A DNA stretch of 32,000 bases from Akkermansia muciniphila ATCC BAA-835 (lineage in GTDB: Bacteria > Verrucomicrobiota > Verrucomicrobiia > Verrucomicrobiales > Akkermansiaceae): positions 510,001 through 542,000 of the forward strand of contig NC_010655.1 of NCBI RefSeq assembly GCF_000020225.1, in the 5' to 3' direction. The notes under the pieces are model-generated. The model was given only the letters and a program-made list of their open reading frames with translations. It had not been told where the DNA came from and searched no databases. Below, piece by piece: positions 16,081 to 24,678 of this stretch. How positions within the stretch are numbered: the first letter of the stretch is position 1; every line of letters starts with the position of its first letter. The position numbers were made by a program, and so were the translations under genes.

Positions 16081-17204
16081 CACCCCGGGAAGCAGCCATA
16101 GCCCTGAACCTGATACCGGGCCTGGGCCCTGTCAGAATCATGCGTCTCCTGCAGGTATTCGCCTCTCCGGAACTGATTCTGGAATCCCCTTCCTCCCTGT
16201 TGATGGAAATTCCCGGCGTGGGGGCGCAGCTGGCTTGCCGCATTTCCTCTTGGCGGAGCACCGTCAACCCGTACAGGGAACTGGAACTGGCGGATAACGC
16301 GGGGGCCGCGGTAACCACGGTTTTTGACGACTCCTACCCATCCTCCCTGCGTGCTCTCCCAGACCCGCCCATTGTCCTCTACTCCTGGGGAAACTGGACC
16401 GGAACGGATGCCGAACGCTCCATTGCCGTCGTCGGCTCACGGATGGCCACCCATTACGGCAGGCTTTGCGCCAGAAACATCTCCCATGACCTGGCGGAAG
16501 CCGGAATAACTGTCATTTCCGGACTGGCGCGCGGCGTGGACACGGAAGCCCATACCGGGGCCATGGACGCGGAGGGGCGCACCATCGCCGTTATCGGGGC
16601 AGGTCTCAACAAACTGTATCCTCGGGAAAACAGAAACTTGGCGCAGCGCATTGCGGACGGGCATGGAGCGGTAGTCTCCGAGTTCCCGATGGACCTGCCC
16701 CCCTCCCGCACCACTTTTCCCATGCGCAACCGCATCGTGAGCGGCTGGAGCCGCGCTACGCTGGTGGTGGAGGCGTCCGGACGCAGCGGGGCCCTGATCA
16801 CGGCCCGAACGGCGGCCGAACAGGGTCGAGACGTTTTTTGCATTCCCGGACCGGTTGACCGGCATTCTTCCGACGGATGCCATGCCCTCATCCGGGACGG
16901 AGCCATCCTAGCTACCGGAGCCTCCGATATTCTGCAGGACATGAACTGGGCCGTTCCGGAACAGGGACTGCCTCTCTTCTCGCCATGCTCCCCTGCCGGA
17001 GCCTCAACCCCACCGCTTCCCACTTTGGAAGAAAAGGAGATTCTCCACGCCATCAGACTGGGTTTCAATACTATTGACACCCTCTGCACCTCTCTGGGAA
17101 AAGCGGCGCATACCATCACCCCGCTTTTGGCCAAAATGCAAATTGCAGGGCAAATTACTCCGGACGCCGGAGGGTATTTCTCCATTAACGGCAGGGAACT
17201 TTAG
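16077..17204 (+). CDS. dprA: DNA-processing protein DprA (Smf)
   Basis: Rossmann-like DprA core SGLARGVDTEAHTGA and FPMRNRIVSG. C-terminal winged-helix-like tail. The ATGA overlaps the GT4 stop. Confidence 0.92.
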   Translation: MTPREAAIALNLIPGLGPVRIMRLLQVFASPELILESPSSLLMEIPGVGAQLACRISSWRSTVNPYRELELADNAGAAVTTVFDDSYPSSLRALPDPPIVLYSWGNWTGTDAERSIAVVGSRMATHYGRLCARNISHDLAEAGITVISGLARGVDTEAHTGAMDAEGRTIAVIGAGLNKLYPRENRNLAQRIADGHGAVVSEFPMDLPPSRTTFPMRNRIVSGWSRATLVVEASGRSGALITARTAAEQGRDVFCIPGPVDRHSSDGCHALIRDGAILATGASDILQDMNWAVPEQGLPLFSPCSPAGASTPPLPTLEEKEILHAIRLGFNTIDTLCTSLGKAAHTITPLLAKMQIAGQITPDAGGYFSINGREL

Positions 17205-17403
17205 GCAGATTCCGCTTTTCCGCCGGGGAAAACGCCAGGTCCGGGGCTCCTCTCCCTGACCATGGAACCGGAAGGGAGCGCCGTCCATCTCCCGTATAAA
17301 AACCTTTCCATCCGGATGCAAAAAAAACGTCTCAAAATAGTCGCCAAACCCTTTCCTTCAATAATTCTATTCCAAAAATTAAATATATCGGCAGGACATC
17401 CCC

Positions 17404-17418
17404 GGCATTTTAAATGCC
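17404..17418. repeat. Perfect 15-nt palindrome GGCATTT-T-AAATGCC
   Basis: Read directly from the sequence. Lies in the AT-rich centre of the dprA-dac intergenic gap. Confidence 0.9.
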
Positions 17419-17446
17419 TGCGGCAAATTTACATGCCCGCGAAAAA

Positions 17447-17546
17447 CAAAATATGTTCGAAAAAAATCTCTGCCATATTTACTGGATGCAGGCTCGGGCG
17501 CATACGGCAACACCTCTTAAAAAGAACTGTTGACGAACATATTTTG
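17447..17546. repeat. 13-bp perfect inverted repeat CAAAATATGTTCG / CGAACATATTTTG, 74-nt spacer
   Basis: Arms 17447-17459 and 17534-17546. The right arm overlaps a TTGACG hexamer (17530-17535). Confidence 0.9.
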
Positions 17547-17660
17547 AACGCATCACTCCTGCCTGGAGTCTCATCCTTCACAAGATCTGTCCGACGGATG
17601 GGAAAAGCAATTCAAAATCCGTTCAGGGTGGTTTTTGGTTCCATAGGTAGTTAATAGAGA

Positions 17661-17697
17661 AAAAAGGCCGCGGATTGTCCGATCCGCGGCCTTTTTC
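17661..17697 (+). terminator. Strong bidirectional-looking intrinsic terminator not adjacent to any confident CDS
   Basis: AAAAA-AGGCCGCGGAT-6 nt loop-ATCCGCGGCCT-TTTT (stem arms 17665-17675 / 17682-17692). Lies 457 nt after the dprA stop and 68 nt before the next ATG. Confidence 0.8.
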
Positions 17698-17764
17698 GTC
17701 CGGCTCTTTTTCAAATGCGGAGTTTGGGCTTGATGAACGAAACTTCTTACTGTAGCAACAAGAC

Positions 17765-18688
17765 ATGCGTTTATTCGCCCTTCTTGCAGGATTCTCCCTT
17801 TGCCTGAGCTCCACAAGCTGCCAATCGTACGGGGATTCAAGTGACTACATCCCCCTTGCAACGCCCGTTCCCCCACAACTCTCCCAGCTGGTTTCCCATG
17901 CCCTCCCCCGACCGGCCAATTTCCCCACACGTCCCGTAGCCATCCCCTCAAGCGCCCCGCGCACGCCCCGCTGCGCCAGCGCCTGCGTCATGGACGCCCT
18001 TACCGGCAAAGTGCTCTTTTCCCACAACGGCCTCCAGCACCGCCAGGTAGCCAGCACGCAGAAACTCGTGACGGCCATGGTCGTGATGGAACACGGCAGC
18101 CTGGACAAAAAAGTGGTCATCCAGCCTTCCGATACCAAGGCGGACCCCACCAAACTGGGATTCCGGGCGGGGGAAGTCTATTCACGCCGCGAACTGCTCA
18201 ATGCCATGATGATCCGCAGTTTCAACGACGTAGCCCTGGCTCTGGCCCGCGATACGGCGGGTTCCGTTCCCCGTTTCGCCCAGTTGATGAATGCCAAAGC
18301 CCGGCAGATGGGCATGTACAACTCACGCTTCGCCAATCCCAACGGCCTCCCGGCGGATCAATATTCCACTGCCATTGACATGGCCCGCTGCGCCTATTAT
18401 GTGTACCGCAACCCGGAACTGCGCAATATTATCTGCAAACGCCAATATGCCTTTACCCGCGCCAACGGCAGAACGCTTCTGCTGAGAAACACCAACAAGC
18501 TGCTCACCCAGAACCCCTGGGTTACCGGAATGAAAACCGGATACACGAACGCCGCCGGACGCTGCCTGGTTTCCTCAGCCGGCGTCAACGGGCGCCATGT
18601 CATCGTCGTCGTCCTCGGCTGCCATCCGTCCCGTATCTGGACGGAATCGGAAAACCTGATCAGATGGGCTTTGGGATCCGCCGCATAA
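17765..18688 (+). CDS. D-alanyl-D-alanine carboxypeptidase (serine peptidase S11, PBP5/6-like)
   Basis: Signal peptide MRLFALLAGFSLCLSSTSC. SxxK ASTQK, SxN SFN, KTG KTGYT. Confidence 0.9.
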   Translation: MRLFALLAGFSLCLSSTSCQSYGDSSDYIPLATPVPPQLSQLVSHALPRPANFPTRPVAIPSSAPRTPRCASACVMDALTGKVLFSHNGLQHRQVASTQKLVTAMVVMEHGSLDKKVVIQPSDTKADPTKLGFRAGEVYSRRELLNAMMIRSFNDVALALARDTAGSVPRFAQLMNAKARQMGMYNSRFANPNGLPADQYSTAIDMARCAYYVYRNPELRNIICKRQYAFTRANGRTLLLRNTNKLLTQNPWVTGMKTGYTNAAGRCLVSSAGVNGRHVIVVVLGCHPSRIWTESENLIRWALGSAA

Positions 18689-18746
18689 ATGCCCGTCGGC
18701 AATTGGTATTTGACTTTCACGGCGTGACCCGCTATCAGTCCTGCCT

Positions 18747-19868
18747 ATGTTACAGGCAGGTATTGTAGGTCTCCCCAACGTCGGCAAATCCACTCTATTC
18801 AATGCGGTCACCCGGACGCGCAAGGCCCAGGCGGCCAACTATCCCTTCTGCACCATTGACCCGAACGTGGGTATGGTAACAGTCCCGGATCCCCGCCTGC
18901 AGGTTCTTTCCGACATGTCCGGTTCTGAAAAAATCATCCCCACGCTTATTGAATTCGTGGATATTGCCGGTCTGGTCAAGGGAGCCTCGGAAGGAGCCGG
19001 CCTGGGCAACCAGTTTCTGGCGAACATCCGTGAAGTGGACGCCATCGTGCAGGTAGTCCGCTGCTTTGACAATGATGATATTATCCATGAACTCGGTTCC
19101 GTGGATCCTCTGCGCGACATTGACATCATCAACTCGGAACTCATTCTGGCGGATATCGCCACCATGGAAAAGAGACTCTCTTCCCGCGAACGCAAGGCAC
19201 GCAGCGGCGACAAGGAAGCCAAGGCCGAAGTGGCCCTCATCACCAAACTCCTGCCCCACCTGAACGAAGGCAATCCCGCCCTCACCCTTGAACCGCAGCT
19301 GGACGACGACGAACGCAAGCTGCTCCATTCTTTCCAGCTGCTTTCGGATAAAAAAAGCATTTTCGCCTGCAATGTCAATGAAGACGAACTGGCGGACGCC
19401 ATCTCCAACCCGGACGCCCATCCCTACGTCTCCCAGGTGAAAAAATACGTAGCGGAACACCATAACGCGGAAGCCATTGTCATCTCCGCCCGGATTGAAG
19501 AGGAACTCATCGACGTCTCGGAGGAAGAATCCCGCGAATTCCTGGAATCCCTGGGTGTGAAGGACTCCGGCGTTTCCGACCTTATCCGCGCCGTGTACCA
19601 CCTTCTGGGCCTGCGCACCTACCTCACCACGGGAATCAAGGAAACGCGGGCCTGGACCATTCCGGCCGGGGCAAAAGCACCCCAGGCGGCCGGCGTCATC
19701 CACACGGACTTTGAACGCGGTTTTATCGCCGCGGAGGTAGTGCACTACGACGACCTGGTTTCCTGCGGCGGCAAGGCCGGAGCGAGGGAACACGGCAAGC
19801 TGCGCATCGAAGGAAAAGAATATGTCGTCAAAGACGGGGACGTCATCGAATTCCGCTTCAATGTCTAG
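18747..19868 (+). CDS. ychF: Ribosome-binding ATPase YchF (Obg-like GTPase family)
   Basis: [17 protein letters not shown]-loop, [21 protein letters not shown]-terminal TGS-like domain ([27 protein letters not shown]). Confidence 0.96.
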   Translation: MLQAGIVGLPNVGKSTLFNAVTRTRKAQAANYPFCTIDPNVGMVTVPDPRLQVLSDMSGSEKIIPTLIEFVDIAGLVKGASEGAGLGNQFLANIREVDAIVQVVRCFDNDDIIHELGSVDPLRDIDIINSELILADIATMEKRLSSRERKARSGDKEAKAEVALITKLLPHLNEGNPALTLEPQLDDDERKLLHSFQLLSDKKSIFACNVNEDELADAISNPDAHPYVSQVKKYVAEHHNAEAIVISARIEEELIDVSEEESREFLESLGVKDSGVSDLIRAVYHLLGLRTYLTTGIKETRAWTIPAGAKAPQAAGVIHTDFERGFIAAEVVHYDDLVSCGGKAGAREHGKLRIEGKEYVVKDGDVIEFRFNV

Positions 19869-19943
19869 ACGGAAGCGTTACCGGAATTCCATTGACTTTT
19901 ACTGATATAAGGGGCAGATTGCTCATAACCTTCACATCGCCTC

Positions 19944-21029
19944 ATGACTGATACAGACGTCAAATCCACCCCCCTGGCAACTAAACACGTTGAACTGGGA
20001 GCCAGAATGGTTCCTTTCGCCGGCTGGAATATGCCGGTGCAGTACACCGGCATTCTGGACGAACACAAAGCAGTGCGCGAAACCTGCGGCATTTTTGACA
20101 TCTCCCACATGGGGCAGTTCACGGTAGCCGGCGGTTCCGCTGCAGCATGGCTGAACTCCATGCTGACCAATGACATCAACAAACTGAATGTAGGGCAGGG
20201 GCAATACTCCGTCATGCTCAATGACAGGGCCGGAGTCATTGACGACCTCATCCTGTACCGGATGGAACCGGAAACCTTCTTCGTAGTGGTGAACGCCTCC
20301 AAGATTGATGAAGACTTCGCATGGCTTTCCGCCCATCAACCTGCAGGCGTAACTCTGGAAAACCACTCCGACGAATACGTGGGGCTGGCTGTTCAAGGTC
20401 CCGAATGCGGAGAAGTATTCTCCCGCGTCATCCCCGGCGTGGAACTTCCCCCCCGCAATGGAATCTCCCGCATCACGGCGGAAGGGACGGATCTCATTAT
20501 CTGCCGCACCGGCTATACCGGGGAAGATGGTTTTGAATTCTTCTGCCCGGCTAAGGAAGGCGTCAAATGGTTTGAAGCCTTTCTTGGAGCAGGAGCCAAA
20601 CCCTGCGGCCTGGGCGCCCGCGACAGCCTGCGTCTGGAAATGTGCTATCCTCTGAACGGCTCCGACCTCTCTCCGGACAAAACGCCTCTGGAAGCCGGGC
20701 TCGGATTCTTCTGCGCGCTGGATACGGACTTCATCGGTTCCGATATTCTCCGGGAACAAAAAGCCAACGGCCTCAGCCGTCGGCTGGCCGCTATTGAATA
20801 CACCGGCAAGGGAGCTCCTCCCCGCGCCCACTATGCCGTGCACGTCCCCGGCGGAGAAGCCATCGGAGAACTTACCAGCGGCGTGCTCTCTCCTTCGCTG
20901 ATGAAGGGCATTGCCCTGGCCTACCTGCCTGCCGCCTATGCCAAGGTCGGCACGGAGCTGGAAATTGACGTAAGGGGAAGGAAATTCCCAGCCGTGGTCG
21001 TAAAAAAACCCTTTTATAAAAAAGGCTGA
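19944..21029 (+). CDS. gcvT: Glycine cleavage system aminomethyltransferase (T protein)
   Basis: FDISHMGQF and RTGYTGEDGFE motifs. 361 aa. Confidence 0.96.
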   Translation: MTDTDVKSTPLATKHVELGARMVPFAGWNMPVQYTGILDEHKAVRETCGIFDISHMGQFTVAGGSAAAWLNSMLTNDINKLNVGQGQYSVMLNDRAGVIDDLILYRMEPETFFVVVNASKIDEDFAWLSAHQPAGVTLENHSDEYVGLAVQGPECGEVFSRVIPGVELPPRNGISRITAEGTDLIICRTGYTGEDGFEFFCPAKEGVKWFEAFLGAGAKPCGLGARDSLRLEMCYPLNGSDLSPDKTPLEAGLGFFCALDTDFIGSDILREQKANGLSRRLAAIEYTGKGAPPRAHYAVHVPGGEAIGELTSGVLSPSLMKGIALAYLPAAYAKVGTELEIDVRGRKFPAVVVKKPFYKKG

Positions 21030-21099
21030 CACTACGGCGCAAAAATAAACTGACAAACACCTCATTTTACTACACTCTCACTTCAAACAATTACATCTT

Positions 21100-21480
21100 A
21101 TGCACGACGTACCAGAAAATCTGCTGTATTCCAAAGATCACGAATGGATTGAAATTGACGGGGACATCGGCACCATCGGCATTTCCGACCATGCCCAGGC
21201 CGAACTCTCCGATGTCGTCTTTGTAGACCTTCCCGAAGTAGGCGCCACCGTCGCAGCCGGCGACCCTGTCGCTGTCGTGGAATCTGTCAAAGCCGCCAGC
21301 GACGTGTACACCCCCGTTTCAGGAGAAATCCTGGAAGTGAACGAAGAGCTTTCCAATGATCCGTCCCTCATTAACTCCGACCCCTACGGCGCAGGCTGGC
21401 TGTACAAAATCCGCCTGGACGTTCCCACGGAAACGGAAGATATGATGAACGCCACGGATTACGAGGAATACTGCTCCTGA
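21100..21480 (+). CDS. gcvH: Glycine cleavage system H protein
   Basis: Lipoyl-lysine motif [18 protein letters not shown]-terminus. 126 aa. Confidence 0.96.
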   Translation: MHDVPENLLYSKDHEWIEIDGDIGTIGISDHAQAELSDVVFVDLPEVGATVAAGDPVAVVESVKAASDVYTPVSGEILEVNEELSNDPSLINSDPYGAGWLYKIRLDVPTETEDMMNATDYEEYCS

Positions 21481-21498
21481 ACCATTCTTCCCTCCCCC

Positions 21499-21531
21499 GC
21501 CCCGGTGATTCCATCCCGGGGCATTTTGTTT
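21499..21531 (+). terminator. Terminator-like hairpin between gcvH and gcvP (possible partial terminator or attenuator)
   Basis: GCCCCGG-10 nt-CCGGGGC (21499-21505 / 21516-21522), followed by ATTTTGTTT. 19 nt after the gcvH stop and 45 nt before the gcvP ATG. Confidence 0.5.
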
Positions 21532-21575
21532 GGCCCGTTCCGCGGCCGGACGCTATTACCAGCCAGAGATACCAC

Positions 21576-24422
21576 ATGAATACCCACTCAGATTTTGCCA
21601 GCCGGCACATCGGCCCCCAGGGGGAAGAACGCCGGGAAATGCTTGACAGCCTCGGCTACCGGACGCTTGACGAACTCATTGCGGACATCGTCCCCGCAGA
21701 TATCCGCATGAAGGCCCCGCTGGACCTGCCCGCAGCCAAATCGGAAACGGAAGCCCTGGAGGAACTCCGTTCCATTCTGCGGAAAAACAAGCTCCTGAAA
21801 ACCTTCATTGGCCAGGGCTATTACGGCACCATCACTCCCTCCGTCATCCTCCGCAATGTACTGGAGAACCCCGGCTGGTACACGGCCTACACCCCTTATC
21901 AACCGGAAATCGCCCAGGGACGGCTGGAAATGCTCATGAATTTCCAGACCATGGTCTCTTCCCTGACAGGACTGCCGGTAGCGAACGCCTCCCTGCTGGA
22001 TGAAGGCACCGCAGCAGCAGAAGCCGTCACCATGTGCCGGAACGCGCGCCCCAAAGCAAACACCTTCTTTGTGGCGGACACCTGCCACCCCCAGACCATC
22101 AGCGTCATCCGTACCCGCGCCGCCTTCCAGGGCGTTAACATCATCGTGGGAGATTGCTCCTCCTTTGACCCCGCATCCATCGGTGCGGATCTGGCCGGAG
22201 TGCTTGTCCAATATCCGGACACGCTCGGCCGCATCTGCGACTACACGGACTTCTTTTCCCGCGTGCATGCCACGGGCGCGCTCTGCGTCGTGGCGGCGGA
22301 TCTCATGGCCCTTACCGTCATCCGGGAACCCGGCGCCTTCGGAGCCGATATCTGCATCGGCAACACGCAGCACTTCGGCATCCCAATGGGCTTCGGCGGC
22401 CCCCATGCCGCCTACATGTCCTGCACGGACGCTCTCAAACGCCGCATGCCCGGCCGCCTTATCGGCATGTCCATAGATACCCTGGGCCGCCCGGCCTACC
22501 GCCTGGCCCTGCAAACGAGGGAACAGCATATTCGCCGCGACAAGGCGACCTCCAACATCTGCACCGCCCAGGTGCTCCTGGCCGTGCTTGCCGCCTTTTA
22601 CGCCGTATACCACGGCCAGGAAGGCCTCAAACGCATCGGCACGGAAATCCACTTGAAAACCAAAAGCCTGTACAAGGCGCTCACGGAAGCCGGCATCGCC
22701 ATTGAAAACAAAAACTTCTTTGACACCCTGCTGCTGTCCGTTCCCGGACAAGCGGACGCCATGGTGCAAAAAGCCCTGGAAGCCGGGTATAACATCCGCA
22801 GGGTGGATGCCGACCACGCAGCCATCTCTCTGGATGAAACCGCAACCTGTGCGGATATAGCGGCACTGGCCTCCGCCCTTGCTGGTGCGGAAACATCCGC
22901 CGCCTGCGATTGCGACGCTCCTGCCTGGGATCCCGTCCACACGCGCCAGACGCCTTTCTGCACGGAAAAGGCTTTCAACTCCTACCATTCCGAAACGGAA
23001 ATGATGCGCTACATCCGCCGCCTGGAATCCCGGGACCTGGCTCTAAATGAAGCCATGATCCCTCTGGGCTCCTGCACGATGAAGCTGAACGCCGCCTCTG
23101 AAATGATTCCCATCACGTGGCCGGAAGCCAACTCCCTGCATCCCTTTGTTCCGGCGGACCAGTCGGAAGGCATCCGGGAAATGCTCTCCATCCTGTCTGA
23201 CCGTCTGGCGAAAATCACCGGCTTTGCCGCCGTATCCCTCCAGCCCAACGCCGGCGCCGCAGGGGAATATGCCGGGCTACTGGCCATCCGCCGCTACCAG
23301 AAGCACGCCGGAGAAGGCCACCGCAATGTCTGCCTCATTCCCACCTCCGCCCACGGAACAAATCCCGCATCCTCCGCCATGGCCGGCCTCAAGGTGGTGC
23401 CCGTCAAATGCGACGAAAGAGGCAACATCGACATGGCAGACCTGAAATCCCAGGCGGAAGCCCATAAGGACAATCTCTCCTGCATCATGGTCACGTACCC
23501 CTCCACGCACGGGGTATATGAACAGACAATCAAGGAACTCTGCGACATCGTCCATGCCAATGGCGGCCAGGTGTACATGGACGGCGCCAACATGAATGCC
23601 CAGGTAGGTCTGACTTGCCCCGGCTGCATTGGCGCGGACGTCTGCCACCTGAACCTGCATAAAACCTTTGCCATGCCGCACGGCGGCGGCGGTCCCGGCA
23701 TCGGGCCCATCGGCGTAGCGGAACACCTCGTACCCTTCCTGCCCGGGCACCTCACGCTGGGCCATGAAGAAGGGGCCGTAGCGTCTGCGGCGTGGGGAAG
23801 CGCCTCCATAGCCGCCATCTGCTGGATGTACCTCTCCATGATGGGGCCGGACGGCCTCAGGGAAGCCACGGAAATGGCCATCCTTAACGCCAACTACATT
23901 GCCAAGAAACTCGGACATCTCTTCCCGGTTCTCTACTCCGGCAACAAGGGGCTGGTGGCGCATGAATGCATTCTGGATCCGCGCCAGCTCACTCATGACG
24001 CCGGCCTCACGGTGGATGACATTGCCAAAAGGCTCATGGACTACGGCTTCCACGGCCCCACCATGTCCTTCCCCGTTCCGGGCACCCTGATGGTGGAGCC
24101 GACGGAATCGGAACCCAAAAAAGAACTGGACCGCTTCATTGAAGCCATGGAACGCATTCATGCGGAAATCACGGCCATTATCAACGGTACGGCAGACAAG
24201 GAAGACAACGTCCTGAAAAACTCGCCCCATACCGCAGAAATGGTCTCCGCCGACGAATGGCGGCACCCCTACTCCCGCAGTGAAGCGGCTTATCCGGTCT
24301 CCGGTCTCCTTATTCACAAATTCTGGCCGTATGTAGGCCGGGTGGATAATGTGTACGGAGACCGCAATCTGGTCTGCACCTGCGACACGGTGGAGGAATT
24401 CTCCAAGGCCGTAGAGTTATAA
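21576..24422 (+). CDS. gcvP: Glycine dehydrogenase (decarboxylating), single-chain P protein
   Basis: 948 aa. PLP-lysine motif HLNLHKTFAMPHGGGGPG. Conserved N-terminus FASRHIGP. Confidence 0.97.
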   Translation: MNTHSDFASRHIGPQGEERREMLDSLGYRTLDELIADIVPADIRMKAPLDLPAAKSETEALEELRSILRKNKLLKTFIGQGYYGTITPSVILRNVLENPGWYTAYTPYQPEIAQGRLEMLMNFQTMVSSLTGLPVANASLLDEGTAAAEAVTMCRNARPKANTFFVADTCHPQTISVIRTRAAFQGVNIIVGDCSSFDPASIGADLAGVLVQYPDTLGRICDYTDFFSRVHATGALCVVAADLMALTVIREPGAFGADICIGNTQHFGIPMGFGGPHAAYMSCTDALKRRMPGRLIGMSIDTLGRPAYRLALQTREQHIRRDKATSNICTAQVLLAVLAAFYAVYHGQEGLKRIGTEIHLKTKSLYKALTEAGIAIENKNFFDTLLLSVPGQADAMVQKALEAGYNIRRVDADHAAISLDETATCADIAALASALAGAETSAACDCDAPAWDPVHTRQTPFCTEKAFNSYHSETEMMRYIRRLESRDLALNEAMIPLGSCTMKLNAASEMIPITWPEANSLHPFVPADQSEGIREMLSILSDRLAKITGFAAVSLQPNAGAAGEYAGLLAIRRYQKHAGEGHRNVCLIPTSAHGTNPASSAMAGLKVVPVKCDERGNIDMADLKSQAEAHKDNLSCIMVTYPSTHGVYEQTIKELCDIVHANGGQVYMDGANMNAQVGLTCPGCIGADVCHLNLHKTFAMPHGGGGPGIGPIGVAEHLVPFLPGHLTLGHEEGAVASAAWGSASIAAICWMYLSMMGPDGLREATEMAILNANYIAKKLGHLFPVLYSGNKGLVAHECILDPRQLTHDAGLTVDDIAKRLMDYGFHGPTMSFPVPGTLMVEPTESEPKKELDRFIEAMERIHAEITAIINGTADKEDNVLKNSPHTAEMVSADEWRHPYSRSEAAYPVSGLLIHKFWPYVGRVDNVYGDRNLVCTCDTVEEFSKAVEL

Positions 24423-24444
24423 AAATCTCATCCTTCCTTTCAAA

Positions 24445-24480
24445 AAGGCTGTTCCATTCATTTGGAGCAGCCTTTTTCTT
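24445..24480 (+). terminator. Rho-independent terminator after gcvP
   Basis: AAGGCTGTTCC-8 nt-GGAGCAGCCTT (11-bp stem with one G-U pair), then TTTCTT. Preceded by an A-run. Confidence 0.8.
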
Positions 24481-24491
24481 ATGTTCAAGAA

Positions 24492-24508
24492 TCGGATTTC
24501 CAATCCGA
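24492..24508. repeat. Palindrome TCGGATT-tcc-AATCCGA (copy B)
   Basis: Perfect 7+7 arms with a 3-nt spacer, 12 nt after the gcvP terminator. Confidence 0.9.
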
Positions 24509-24647
24509 AGTCAACACTCTATTTTGAGAACAAATGGGTCATCAAAATGAAAGGGGAGGAAAAGCGGGGTGGGAGAAATGTTCCTTTTTTCTTTTTCAAC
24601 CCATATTGCTTTTGGGCTTAATTGTTTTCTGGATATGTTTGCTCTTT

Positions 24648-24662
24648 CGGATTGGAAATCCG
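24648..24662. repeat. Palindrome CGGATT-gga-AATCCG (copy C)
   Basis: Perfect 6+6 arms with a 3-nt spacer. Ends 16 nt before the acyltransferase ATG at 24679. Confidence 0.9.
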
Positions 24663-24678
24663 TTGAGCTACGTCTCAG

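Noticed and set aside
17236-17285. CCAGGTCCGG ... CCGGAAGG, reminiscent of the SRP (4.5S) RNA helix-8 GGAA tetraloop region.
   Set aside because: When folded around the GGAA loop, only two C-G pairs close it. The conserved symmetric and asymmetric loop nucleotides (AGCA etc.) and the long closing helix are absent.
17262-17654. 130-aa ORF in the dprA-dac gap as a confident CDS.
   Set aside because: It is not called as a feature. The predicted protein is extremely basic with no recognisable fold signature, and it runs through perfect DNA palindromes. It is kept only as an alternative hypothesis in the finding for 17205-17764.
18740-18760. CCTGCC-9 nt-GGCAGG hairpin with the ychF ATG in its loop.
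   Set aside because: It has only a 6-bp stem, and part of it is coding sequence constrained by the conserved N-terminus (MLQAG). This is too weak to claim regulation.
19869-19943. A glycine riboswitch was expected upstream of gcvT.
   Set aside because: Only 75 nt separate ychF and gcvT, which is too short for even a single glycine aptamer plus expression platform. I see none of the conserved GGAGAG...CACCG-type core elements.
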